A DNA stretch of 41,155 nt from a virus: IMG/VR virus record IMGVR_UViG_3300029619_000017; one strand, given 5' to 3'. Every line of letters starts with the position of its first letter. The stretch's first letter is position 1. Position numbers and translations under genes: made by a program. Under the pieces are notes generated by a model that worked only from the letters and a program-made list of their open reading frames with translations, ran no database searches and was not told the origin of the DNA. Positions 1 to 8,517 of the stretch are shown piece by piece.

Positions 1-99
1 GGCCTCCCGCCGGGAGCAGCTGAACCGCACAACGGTGAAAAATGCACTTTCGGAGCTTTACGACGCATACAGACAGCTTAAAAAATCAAAATCCCAGTA
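1..99. repeat. Terminal direct repeat, copy 1 (identical to 41057-41155)
   Basis: Read by eye: 99/99 identical bases at both window ends. Confidence 0.97.
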
Positions 100-2830
100 T
101 ATACAGGGGGTTTATAGTGAAACGGTAGAAAACCGTATTGAGGTAATTAAGGACACCTTGGGCGGAAAAACGGTTTCGGAAATGTCAAATTCCGAGCTTG
201 AACAGTTTTACGATGTTTATAAAATGCTCTATTCTTCGGTAACGGGTGCAAACAAAATCTTCGAAAGCGGAAAGAAAGCAACGGTTGAGGAAATGTCTCT
301 TGCGGTTATGGAGGAAATCGAAAAGGTCGGGAAAAACGACTCCTTGATTTCGGGCAAGCAGGCAGGAGACAGAAACCTTGCGACACAAAAGGCGATTGAC
401 GCAAAGCGAGGCATTGAATGGGAAATGCTCCAGCCTCTTACGGCCTTTTACAAGACCGGGTCTAAGACCTTCCGTGAGCTTTACAACCAGGCACTTGAGG
501 GACAGGACAAATGGGCGCGGCTTGTGGCGGAATTTAAAGCTTTTGCCACAGGAAAACGCAGACAACACGGCGTTTGGAGCATTGACGAGAGCATGGTCAC
601 GGAATATACCCTTGAAAGCGGAGAGCGGATAAAGCTGACCGTGCCTGAGCTTATGTCGGTATATGCCCTGTCAAGACGAGATCAGGGCAGAAAGCACCTT
701 TTGGTGGGCGGCATAACCCTTGCCGAGAACGAAATAAAAACGGGAGAAAAGGTGCTCGGAGTTGTCGACAAACGATACGGCAGAGACACGGCAAGGGCGT
801 ATCATCTGACCGAAGGAGATTTAAGCTTTCTTGCTGAAAGGCTTGACGGCAATCTGAGAAAATATGTTGAGGAAATGCAGGAATATCTTTCAACCGTCGT
901 TGCGGAAAAGGGTAACGAAGTGGCAAGGGTACTGTACGGTATCGACATATTCGGCGAGGCAAATTACTTCCCGATAAGTTCAGACAGACGGTTCCTTTTC
1001 TCTTCAAACAAAGCGGTTGACGCAGTTTCGCTGAAAAACATCGGAATGACAAAGAACACTGTTCCGAATGCGGCAAACCCTGTGGTAATTGCCTCCTTTG
1101 ACAAGGTTTGGAACGATCACACGGCAAAAATGGCTCTTTACAGTTCAATGGTGCTGCCTATCGAGAATATGAACAGGGTGCTTAATTTTACCTCCTACCT
1201 TTCGGAGGCGGATAGCTCGGCATATTCACGGTCGGTAAGGACGGTGCTTGAAGAAAATTTCGGAAAATCGGCGTCAAAATATTTTGAACAGTTTGTTATT
1301 GACCTTAACGGAGGCATTACGGGAGCAAAGGGCGGATTTTGGGAACGAGCCGTTTCAAATATGAAAAAGACGGCGGTGGCGGCAAGCCTTTCGGTTATCG
1401 TACAGCAGCCGACGGCCATTATTCGTGCTTTTGCTCTTATTAACCCGAAATACTTCGCCGGACTTAAAACTCAAAAGGAGATTGCAGGAACTTCACGCTA
1501 TGAGGAAATCAAACGCTGGGCACCGATTGCAATTGTCAAGGAAATAGGCGGTTTTGACACCGGGAGCGGCCGTGCGGCCACCGATTATATCGGGGCGAAG
1601 GAATACAGCGGAGCAAAAAACATTGTCAAAGGATTTTTCACCGACAAATATTACCGTGACGAAAAATTTATGGTCGGAGCGGCAAAGGCCGATGAGCTTG
1701 GCTGGGGAATGATTTGGGACGCAGTAAAGAGAGAGATCAGGGACACTACCAATCTTGAATTTAACTCGAAGGAATTCCTTGAGGCTTGCGGAAAACGGTT
1801 TACCGATGTAATCGTACAAACACAGGTTTACGATTCCACCCTTTCACGCTCTTCGATAATGCGAAACAAAAGCGATATTGCAAAAATGGCAACATCGTTT
1901 ATGGGTGAACCGATGACATCTTATAATATGCTTTACCGTGCCGCTCTTGATGTCAACAGGAGCAAGGGAAAGGCTATCGGGACTTCCGCCCGAGCGGTTG
2001 CGGCGGTTATCGGTTCGATGGTTGCCGGAGCGATTGTAAAAGCCTTAATTTCCGCAGGCCGTGACGATGATGATGACGAAAGCTATGCCGACAAATACTT
2101 TCAGGCCGTCGGCGGAGGACTTGTGGACGAGCTTAATCCCCTTAATCTTATTCCCTTTGCAAGAGATTTGGTTACGATTATTCAAGGCTACGACATTGAC
2201 CGAGCCGATATGACCCTTTTCAAGGATCTTTGGGACGCAATCACCAAGCTTGACAGCGACAAGATCAGCGATTACAGAAAGGTTGAAAATGTGGTCGGGT
2301 CCATATGTAACATTTTCGGATTGCCCGTGAGAAACATTATGCGTGATGTCAGAACGGCTTATAACTCGGCCGTATCTGCATTCCGTCCCTCTTCACGAAG
2401 TGTCGGCGAAGCTTTAACCGAAGGTATTACCGGCAAGGAAATAACCGAACTCGACAGATATGAGGCTCTTTACGACAAGGAGGACTTACAGGGAACAAAG
2501 GACTTGATTAAACAGATGATTGAGAAGGAGCGGGAAAAGCTTCTTTTAAAGGGAGAGGATCAATATGAGGTGAATTCCAAAGGTCAGAACAAGGTCAATA
2601 CCACCGCAAGGGCAAATGTCCGCAACAAATTCAGCAACAGATACCGTGACGAATACAAGGCGGCATATAAAAACAAGGACACGGTGACGGTTGCGAAAAT
2701 AAAAACACGGCTGAGTCTTACCGGGCTTTACGACGATCTTGATAAAATTCTTGAAGATTGGAGAAATGCGGCCGACGAGGAGGTGAAGAAGGAAAAAAGA
2801 GCCAAGGAATATGCCGAAAAAAACAAATAA
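2..2830 (+). CDS. C-terminal 942 aa of the giant polyvalent virion protein (continuation of 32952..41155 across the circular junction)
   Basis: The frame is open from the first base of the window. Position 35 maps to 41091, which is in the same frame as ATG 32952. The GTG at 35 has no RBS context. Stop is TAA at 2828-2830. Confidence 0.85.
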   Translation, partial: ASRREQLNRTTVKNALSELYDAYRQLKKSKSQYIQGVYSETVENRIEVIKDTLGGKTVSEMSNSELEQFYDVYKMLYSSVTGANKIFESGKKATVEEMSLAVMEEIEKVGKNDSLISGKQAGDRNLATQKAIDAKRGIEWEMLQPLTAFYKTGSKTFRELYNQALEGQDKWARLVAEFKAFATGKRRQHGVWSIDESMVTEYTLESGERIKLTVPELMSVYALSRRDQGRKHLLVGGITLAENEIKTGEKVLGVVDKRYGRDTARAYHLTEGDLSFLAERLDGNLRKYVEEMQEYLSTVVAEKGNEVARVLYGIDIFGEANYFPISSDRRFLFSSNKAVDAVSLKNIGMTKNTVPNAANPVVIASFDKVWNDHTAKMALYSSMVLPIENMNRVLNFTSYLSEADSSAYSRSVRTVLEENFGKSASKYFEQFVIDLNGGITGAKGGFWERAVSNMKKTAVAASLSVIVQQPTAIIRAFALINPKYFAGLKTQKEIAGTSRYEEIKRWAPIAIVKEIGGFDTGSGRAATDYIGAKEYSGAKNIVKGFFTDKYYRDEKFMVGAAKADELGWGMIWDAVKREIRDTTNLEFNSKEFLEACGKRFTDVIVQTQVYDSTLSRSSIMRNKSDIAKMATSFMGEPMTSYNMLYRAALDVNRSKGKAIGTSARAVAAVIGSMVAGAIVKALISAGRDDDDDESYADKYFQAVGGGLVDELNPLNLIPFARDLVTIIQGYDIDRADMTLFKDLWDAITKLDSDKISDYRKVENVVGSICNIFGLPVRNIMRDVRTAYNSAVSAFRPSSRSVGEALTEGITGKEITELDRYEALYDKEDLQGTKDLIKQMIEKEREKLLLKGEDQYEVNSKGQNKVNTTARANVRNKFSNRYRDEYKAAYKNKDTVTVAKIKTRLSLTGLYDDLDKILEDWRNAADEEVKKEKRAKEYAEKNK

Positions 2831-2881
2831 TCCGAAAAGGGAGTCTTTTTTAAAGGCTCCATTAAAAATTGAGGTGATTTT

Positions 2882-4063
2882 ATGGAAGAAGAAAAAAAGG
2901 TCATATATCGGTTTGACGTGGATTTCAGCGGTACGGCAAGTACATCTCCCGCAATAAAAATTTGCGCCACCGATGTAAATAGCAGGATGTTCATTATGAC
3001 ACCAAAATCGGGAGGAGTTGAGATTGACCTACCCGAAGACACAAACGTCCTGTTGACTCTTACCAAAACAGCGAACAAGGTGACCTCCGTCATCGGTACC
3101 GTCGTTTGCACATATGTCAACAAAAAAATTGTCGCTGATGTGCCCTCGTTCTCGATTTCAGACAGTGACACGATTCAAGGCACGGTAATGTATTACAAAA
3201 AATACACCGACAGCAAGGAATACAAGCTGCAATCCGTCCCATTTTACATCGGAGTTGTGTCGAGTAACCAAAGCCCCGGCACTATAACCGCAGCGGACGA
3301 ATTTAAAGCCCTTGCAGATATAGCGGCAATTAAGCGGGGTGCTTATTATGACATTAACACAAGTTCGGAATCTCCAACGGCCAGTGAAAACGATCTTAAA
3401 ATCGAGGTTGACAATCTCAATCCGTACATAGGAACAATCATTGATGTTATTCCCGCAAAGAAAAAGGGCGTCTCCCCTCTTAAAACAGGCAGAATGTACT
3501 TGCTCAATCAAAATGAGACGATACACGGCGTGGATTCAGGGCTGCCTATATGCGTTATTGACCCCGACACCGGAAACGCCGTAATGGGAGACAAAGAACA
3601 TTACAATCCATATGCCGTACCTATGAATTGCAAGTCTACCATGCGCCTGTTTATTCGTCAGGGATACGCAATATGGCTTAACCCTCCGTATTACTATGCC
3701 ATTGATGCAGACGAATATCTCGGTAAAAACCTTGTCGCTTATGATGACGTCGACTGGAAGTGTAAAATAATCCGTGGAAACGGTTTTGCAACGGTGCAGG
3801 GTGTACTTCGAGCGAATACGGCGATAAAGCCCGGAACCGCAGGAGAACGAACACTTATAGAAAAATTGCCGTTCAGACCTATGACGCATACGCTTGTACG
3901 GTGCACAACGAGCTTTACTTCAACATCCGTAAGTGCCGACAGCTGGGTTTGTCAGATTGACGGGTCGGACGGCTCAATTTGGGTTGAAAAAGGAGCGACA
4001 CTTACAGGAACGGACGATTTTTGCATAAACGTCACATTCCCGGTCTATTCACGAAAGGAGTAA
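2882..4063 (+). CDS. Putative receptor-binding / tail fibre protein (BppU-N-like Ig domain at the N-terminus)
   Basis: 393-aa ORF preceded by a GAGGTGA RBS. The N-terminal pattern DVNSRMFIMTPKSGGVEIDLPEDTNV resembles the baseplate upper protein N-domain. It is the last structural gene before the lysis genes. Confidence 0.45.
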   Translation: MEEEKKVIYRFDVDFSGTASTSPAIKICATDVNSRMFIMTPKSGGVEIDLPEDTNVLLTLTKTANKVTSVIGTVVCTYVNKKIVADVPSFSISDSDTIQGTVMYYKKYTDSKEYKLQSVPFYIGVVSSNQSPGTITAADEFKALADIAAIKRGAYYDINTSSESPTASENDLKIEVDNLNPYIGTIIDVIPAKKKGVSPLKTGRMYLLNQNETIHGVDSGLPICVIDPDTGNAVMGDKEHYNPYAVPMNCKSTMRLFIRQGYAIWLNPPYYYAIDADEYLGKNLVAYDDVDWKCKIIRGNGFATVQGVLRANTAIKPGTAGERTLIEKLPFRPMTHTLVRCTTSFTSTSVSADSWVCQIDGSDGSIWVEKGATLTGTDDFCINVTFPVYSRKE

Positions 4064-4068
4064 TTATA

Positions 4069-4998
4069 ATGGCAGTATATGAATTTTCAAAATCAAAGCA
4101 GGGACAAAACAAGGTAACCGAGCATTTTACTGTGTCGGAATTTGCTTGCCATGACGGCAGCGACTATGTACCTATTGACGTTGACCTTGCATTTAAGCTT
4201 GAGGACATCAGACAGCACTTCGGCAAGCCGATTACAATTACATCCGCCTATCGAACCCCGAGCTATAACAAGAAAATCGGCGGAACCTCCGATTCCTATC
4301 ATGTTAAGGGACAGGCCTTTGACATTGTAGTAAGCGGGGTTTCACCCTATGATGTGGCTCACTATGCACAGGGGCTTTGGATAAACGGTATCGGCTGTTA
4401 TTATGACAGCGGCTTTGTACACATTGACGGAAGAAAGAAGCCATATTATTGGAAAAATCAAAGCGTAACATCGGTCGGCACCTTTGATAATCTCCCCTCC
4501 TGCGTGTGCAATGTTCGGAATGTACGTCTTGCACACATGGCCGACGGTTGGAGTTTCCCTCAATACGGCCTCACATGGGACGGCAATGACGATGAATTCA
4601 GATATGTTATTAAAAATTCCGTCGTGAAAGAGTCGGCAGACTATTCAAATGTTGCAAAAATTGTTCAATACACTGTCGGAGCGGACACGGACGGCATTTT
4701 CGGAAAAAGCACTACCGAGAAGGTCAAGCAATGGCAAAAAAGTCACAGTCTTACGGTTGACGGCGTTTGGGGTGAAAGCTGTTGGCTCAAAGCTCTCGGA
4801 ATGGACAAGAAGGAAGAACCGACACCCACACCGGAAGCGCCGAAGCGACTCACCGTTGCCGACGCACTTAAAGTCTTGCAGGCGAGTGTGGAACAGGTTG
4901 AGCTTTCGGCCGATGAAATAAACAGGCTTGATTGTGACGGTGACGGAAAGCTAACGGTTACCGACGCGCTTATAATTCTTCAGGAAACAATCAAATGA
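4069..4998 (+). CDS. Endolysin: peptidase M15 (D-Ala-D-Ala carboxypeptidase-like) + PG_binding_1-like repeat + half-dockerin tail
   Basis: AAGGAG RBS, then ATG 4069. Zn-ligand motifs SYHVKGQAFD and FVHID. DGIFGKSTTEKVKQWQ...LTVDGVWG peptidoglycan-binding pattern. C-terminal DCDGDGKLTVTDALIILQ. Confidence 0.85.
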   Translation: MAVYEFSKSKQGQNKVTEHFTVSEFACHDGSDYVPIDVDLAFKLEDIRQHFGKPITITSAYRTPSYNKKIGGTSDSYHVKGQAFDIVVSGVSPYDVAHYAQGLWINGIGCYYDSGFVHIDGRKKPYYWKNQSVTSVGTFDNLPSCVCNVRNVRLAHMADGWSFPQYGLTWDGNDDEFRYVIKNSVVKESADYSNVAKIVQYTVGADTDGIFGKSTTEKVKQWQKSHSLTVDGVWGESCWLKALGMDKKEEPTPTPEAPKRLTVADALKVLQASVEQVELSADEINRLDCDGDGKLTVTDALIILQETIK

Positions 4999-5008
4999 GG
5001 TGTAAATC

Positions 5009-5335
5009 ATGCAAATAATCAGGTTAATTTTTGAAGTTTGCTCCGGTATTCTCGGCATTGCCAGCTTGATAGCCGGTCTATATGTCATTTTTAAGTGGAT
5101 AACCGATGTCAAACGAAAAGATGATAAGGCTTCGGCCGACATTGAGGAACTACGCCGACACACCGAATCGGAGTTCTTGTCAATCAAGGAAGAAAATACG
5201 CTCATTTGCTACGGCCTTTCGGCCTGCCTCGACGGTCTTATACAGCAGGGATGTAATCATACCGTACCCCTTGCAAAAGAAAAACTCGATAAACATCTCA
5301 ACCTAAAGGCGCACGAACAAAAGAAAGGAGCATAA
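5009..5335 (+). CDS. Lysis-associated membrane protein (single N-terminal TM, BhlA/UviB-like architecture), possible holin
   Basis: 108-aa ORF. Hydrophobic segment ILGIASLIAGLYVIFKWI followed by a charged helical tail. Lies between the endolysin and a recognisable holin. Confidence 0.4.
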   Translation: MQIIRLIFEVCSGILGIASLIAGLYVIFKWITDVKRKDDKASADIEELRRHTESEFLSIKEENTLICYGLSACLDGLIQQGCNHTVPLAKEKLDKHLNLKAHEQKKGA

Positions 5336-5338
5336 ATT

Positions 5339-5620
5339 ATGAAAATCAATTGGAAGGTTAGATTCAAAAATCCGCAGTGGTGGTTCTCGGTTATTCTCGC
5401 TGTGGCCGTTCCTATCGGGGCATACTATGGCATAACCGGCTCGGACATAACATCGTGGGGATTGTTCTTTTCTACCCTCAAATCTGCCGTGCTTAACCCT
5501 TATGTGGTGTTCTCGGTGCTGGCAAGCGTGTGGAACGCTGTTATCGACCCCACCACCTCCGGCATTTCCGACAGTGTTAACGCCCTTACATACAAAAAGC
5601 CGAAATGCAACGGACAGTAA
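5339..5620 (+). CDS. Holin, phage_holin_1 (LL-H/phiLC3) type
   Basis: N-terminus MKINWKVRFKNPQWW, two or three hydrophobic spans, and the DPTTSGISDS motif typical of this holin family. Confidence 0.8.
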   Translation: MKINWKVRFKNPQWWFSVILAVAVPIGAYYGITGSDITSWGLFFSTLKSAVLNPYVVFSVLASVWNAVIDPTTSGISDSVNALTYKKPKCNGQ

Positions 5621-5638
5621 TTTCTGGAGGTGTGACAG

Positions 5639-5839
5639 GTGCTTCGGTTTTATAACAGCGAATGGGAAAAATACATATCTCTTTGCGGTTTTACCGATGA
5701 TGAGCTTGAAATAATCAAATTTTTAAGGAGAGGGTGGGCGCAAGCCGATATTGCGGCGGAGCTGTGTGTTTCCCTGTCTACGCTAAAAAGACGAATTAAG
5801 CGCATTTATTTGAAAATAATCGACTGCATTTATAATTGA
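5639..5839 (+). CDS. Small sigma-70 region 4 / LuxR-type HTH protein
   Basis: 66 aa with a GTG start. ...RGWAQADIAAELCVSLSTLKRRIKRIY is a typical region-4 HTH. Confidence 0.55.
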   Translation: MLRFYNSEWEKYISLCGFTDDELEIIKFLRRGWAQADIAAELCVSLSTLKRRIKRIYLKIIDCIYN

Positions 5840-6014
5840 ACACCGAATTTATAATTTATCCGTCCTCATTTTTTGGGGACGGATATTTTTTTTGACCTTT
5901 TTTTGAGCCGTAAAAGAACCACAAGAACATCTTTTGTATTGTATGATAATCACAGAATATAAATTGCTTTCGGTGCACAGAGAGCGATTTATAAATATAA
6001 TTAAGGAGATTGTT

Positions 6015-6509
6015 ATGGAATACGAAAACAGATACGCATCTAAAGGGATTGCCGGTACCGGGCTTGGACTCGGAATTGCCGGAACAGCGCTTGGAGTGCT
6101 TGCCGGAGGTCTTAACGGCAACGGCCTTTTCGGCCGAACGGCAAACGGCACTTGCAGTGAGGACCACTTTGTCAGCAGATACGAATCCGAGCAGTCGGCA
6201 AGAATAGCCGAGCTTGAAACCGAAGTAAAGCTGAGAGACGCAAACACCTATACCGATCAGAAAATGCTTGATATGTACAAGTACGTTGACGGAAAGTTTA
6301 ATACGGTTGAAGCACAGCTCTGTCAGCAGAGTGTTGTCAATGCTCAGGTTGCGGCAAATCTTTCCTGTATGCAAAACACCGTTGCAGCTCTTCAGGGACT
6401 TACAAAAACGGTCATTCCGATCGACAATGTTTGCCCCGAACCGATGAAGCGTTACAACAGCTGGACAGCTCCCACAGCGGCAGCCGCTCAGGCGGTTAAT
6501 GCAAAATGA
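6015..6509 (+). CDS. Hypothetical protein: glycine-rich hydrophobic N-terminus plus coiled coil
   Basis: AAGGAG RBS then ATG 6015. GIAGTGLGLGIAGTALGVLAGGLNG followed by heptad-like sequence. Function unknown. Confidence 0.5.
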   Translation: MEYENRYASKGIAGTGLGLGIAGTALGVLAGGLNGNGLFGRTANGTCSEDHFVSRYESEQSARIAELETEVKLRDANTYTDQKMLDMYKYVDGKFNTVEAQLCQQSVVNAQVAANLSCMQNTVAALQGLTKTVIPIDNVCPEPMKRYNSWTAPTAAAAQAVNAK

Positions 6510-6514
6510 CAAAG

Positions 6515-6545
6515 AGGGGCGGCAATCGCTGCCCCTTGATTTTTG
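6515..6545 (+). terminator. Rho-independent terminator
   Basis: 9-bp stem (aggggcggc/gctgcccct), 4-nt loop, then a T-rich tract, 6 nt after the stop at 6509. Confidence 0.8.
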
Positions 6546-6558
6546 AAAGGAAATTTAT

Positions 6559-6894
6559 ATGGAATTTGAAAGAGTGCTCAACGGTATTTTAAAATATATA
6601 GAAAAAGAAGTTTACTCAAGGATGAACGGTTGGCAGGAAGTAGCCGCCCGAATCGCTGTGGCAAGAATGATGAGAAACAGTGATAAATTCAAAAAGGCTC
6701 TGTGTGAAAACACATTTATTCGCAGTTTTGCCATATCTGATGAAAACGGAATAATCGATGTCAACGGCCTGTATTCGGATTTGAAAGAACAAATCGCAAA
6801 CAAGGGAAAAATTGAGGTAAATTTGCCTTTGTTCGGAACATTTAAGTTTTCACCGTCCGATGTTGACAATCTCTATTCCACAATAATGGAGTGA
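6559..6894 (+). CDS. Hypothetical protein (post-lysis cargo)
   Basis: 111-aa ORF downstream of its own terminator-bounded gap. No recognisable motif. Confidence 0.5.
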   Translation: MEFERVLNGILKYIEKEVYSRMNGWQEVAARIAVARMMRNSDKFKKALCENTFIRSFAISDENGIIDVNGLYSDLKEQIANKGKIEVNLPLFGTFKFSPSDVDNLYSTIME

Positions 6895-6898
6895 GCCT

Positions 6899-7198
6899 AT
6901 GAAATTGATTAAAGCTTATGTTGACAGAATGGTTGAAGAGGTCGAAGACGCAAAAACTTACGCAGAATGCTATATCGAGCAAAAAGCAAAAGGCAATATG
7001 GCAGAAGCAAATAAGTACAGGGAGATGTCCGGGGACGAGTTGAAACACGCTTCATATATACACGAATTTGCCGTAAAAGACATTGCAGAGCTTGAAAAAG
7101 TATATACCCCACCTGTGGAAATGCTCGACAAGTGGGATCACGCTCATAAAGAATATGTCGAGCGGGCGGCGTGGGTAAGACAAATGCTGTCGATGTAG
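6899..7198 (+). CDS. Hypothetical helical protein (post-lysis cargo)
   Basis: 99-aa ORF tightly coupled to the previous ORF. Helix-rich acidic sequence with no recognisable motif. Confidence 0.5.
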   Translation: MKLIKAYVDRMVEEVEDAKTYAECYIEQKAKGNMAEANKYREMSGDELKHASYIHEFAVKDIAELEKVYTPPVEMLDKWDHAHKEYVERAAWVRQMLSM

Positions 7199-7204
7199 TG
7201 TGAA

Positions 7205-7228
7205 ATTCGTGTGCATTTTCGTGTGCAT
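7205..7228. repeat. Tandem 12-bp repeats (ATTCGTGTGCAT/TTTCGTGTGCAT), candidate integrase arm-type sites (P arm)
   Basis: Two adjacent copies plus a degenerate third (ttatgtgtgca, 7237-7247). The same TTCGTGTG core is repeated at 7414-7437 on the other side of the tRNA fragment. Confidence 0.55.
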
Positions 7229-7313
7229 TTTTTCTTTTATGTGTGCAATAATCGTATTGTTTTAGCAATATAATTTAGACTTTGAAAACCACTTAAACCC
7301 GCATAAACAAAAG

Positions 7314-7338
7314 AAAAGCCGCTGTTTTAGCGGCTTTT
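7314..7338 (+). terminator. Rho-independent terminator (A-tract/T-tract flanked, potentially bidirectional)
   Basis: Perfect 10-bp stem AAAAGCCGCT/AGCGGCTTTT with a 5-nt loop. Confidence 0.75.
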
Positions 7339-7342
7339 CAAA

Positions 7343-7369
7343 TGGCGGAGAAGGAGAGACTCGAACTCT
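7343..7369 (-). other. tRNA 3' fragment (T-arm + acceptor + CCA) = probable attP core
   Basis: The minus strand reads AGAGTTCGAGTCTCTCCTTCTCCGCCA: T-loop TTCGAGT, acceptor strand CTTCTCC, discriminator G, CCA. No matching 5' half is present. It lies 75 bp from the integrase gene. Confidence 0.6.
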
Positions 7370-7413
7370 TTGTGAAACCTCCAAAATCCCTTGTTTTATG
7401 CGGGTCTTCTGAA

Positions 7414-7437
7414 TTTCGTGTGAAATTTCGTGTGAAA
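7414..7437. repeat. Tandem 12-bp repeats (TTTCGTGTGAAA x2), candidate integrase arm-type sites (P' arm)
   Basis: Two perfect adjacent copies sharing the TTCGTGTG core with 7205-7228, in the same orientation. Confidence 0.55.
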
Positions 7438-7443
7438 AATATT

Positions 7444-8505
7444 TTAATTTTTGTTTTCATGCATTTCTTCGGGGTGTAAATCTTCACTGTGCGAAGACAC
7501 CTGCGTAAAGAAATCGCTTAAGGTTTTTGAGAAAGCAAGCTCCTCTTTTGTGAAGGTCTGCTGATATACCGAGCGAAGCACATCGGGGCTGTCCCAGCCG
7601 CCGATTTTCATTGCATATCTGTCCGGGATATTCAACAATGCCATTGCCGAAGCGGTGGCGTGACGGAGGTCGTGGAACCGGCAATGCGGTATTTTATTTT
7701 TTGCAAGCACTCGGCGGAACATATCCTCAATAGCCTTTGCGGATTTTTGTACAACATAATCATTGTCCTTCGGCTGCTTTTCTATCAGTTCCTTTATGTC
7801 CGGCGGCAAGGGAATTTTTCTGTTGCCGGCTGCGGATTTCGGAGGCTTTTCGTATTGTTCTTTTCCGTAGGTCACAATAACATTGTCGATGACGATATAA
7901 TCATCGTGTACGGCAGACCATTTCAGGCCGCAGACTTCGGATATTCTCAATCCCATACGGAGCGCAAGTGTGACCGGCAGTTCAATTTCCGTGCCTTTAC
8001 AGGCCGAAAGAATTTTTAACGATACGGACAAATCGGGGGTAGAATATATCTTTTTTTGCTTTTTGGGCAATGTTACGGTAATACTCTCCCCTGTGGCGTG
8101 CTTAATTGAGGCCGTAATCAGCCCCCAAATGCTCCGAACGCTCTTGGGTGACAGTCTACCGCTCAATGCGTTAATCTCGGCTTGCAGGGCGTTCTGATTG
8201 ATATTTGAAAGCTTTTTCCCTTGAAGGTTATGAAAATAATTTCGTGCAATCTTTTCATATGTTGCAATGCTCACCGGGGAAAGAATGTTTCGGCGGCTGT
8301 CTATATAATCCGCTATTGCTTCTTTAAGGGTCAATTCGGAAGGATTATTTTTATATTTGAATATTTGGTTTTGCCAATCGATAGCGGCCTTTTCTGCCTG
8401 CTTTTTATCGGGATATGTAAAGGAGCGACGGACGGTCTTTCCGTCAATAGTTGCGCTTGCCTGAACTCTCCAGTTACCGCTGGGGAGTTTTTTCGCTTTT
8501 GCCAT
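7444..8505 (-). CDS. int: Tyrosine recombinase / phage integrase
   Basis: 353 aa. SAM-like N-domain, and a catalytic region with ...GLRISEV..., HDLRHATAS and a C-terminal ...LRSVYQ tyrosine context. Adjacent to the tRNA fragment. Confidence 0.95.
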   Translation of the reverse strand: MAKAKKLPSGNWRVQASATIDGKTVRRSFTYPDKKQAEKAAIDWQNQIFKYKNNPSELTLKEAIADYIDSRRNILSPVSIATYEKIARNYFHNLQGKKLSNINQNALQAEINALSGRLSPKSVRSIWGLITASIKHATGESITVTLPKKQKKIYSTPDLSVSLKILSACKGTEIELPVTLALRMGLRISEVCGLKWSAVHDDYIVIDNVIVTYGKEQYEKPPKSAAGNRKIPLPPDIKELIEKQPKDNDYVVQKSAKAIEDMFRRVLAKNKIPHCRFHDLRHATASAMALLNIPDRYAMKIGGWDSPDVLRSVYQQTFTKEELAFSKTLSDFFTQVSSHSEDLHPEEMHENKN

Positions 8506-8517
8506 TCTGACTGCTCC

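Noticed and set aside
35-2830. Track ORF 35..2830 as an independent 931-aa gene starting at GTG 35
   Set aside because: The frame is already open at the first base of the window. There is no RBS before GTG 35. Through the 99-bp overlap it is in frame with the stop-free ORF that begins at 32952, so it is the C-terminal part of one gene.
4021-4068. Upstream TTG start of the endolysin ORF at 4021
   Set aside because: It overlaps the previous gene's end and has no RBS. AAGGAG followed by ATG 4069 gives a typical M15 N-terminus.
7343-7411. A complete tRNA gene on the minus strand
   Set aside because: Only the T-arm, acceptor 3' strand and CCA are present. No GGAGAAG 5' acceptor strand or D-arm/anticodon arm can be folded from the upstream 70-90 nt. 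It is an att-site fragment.
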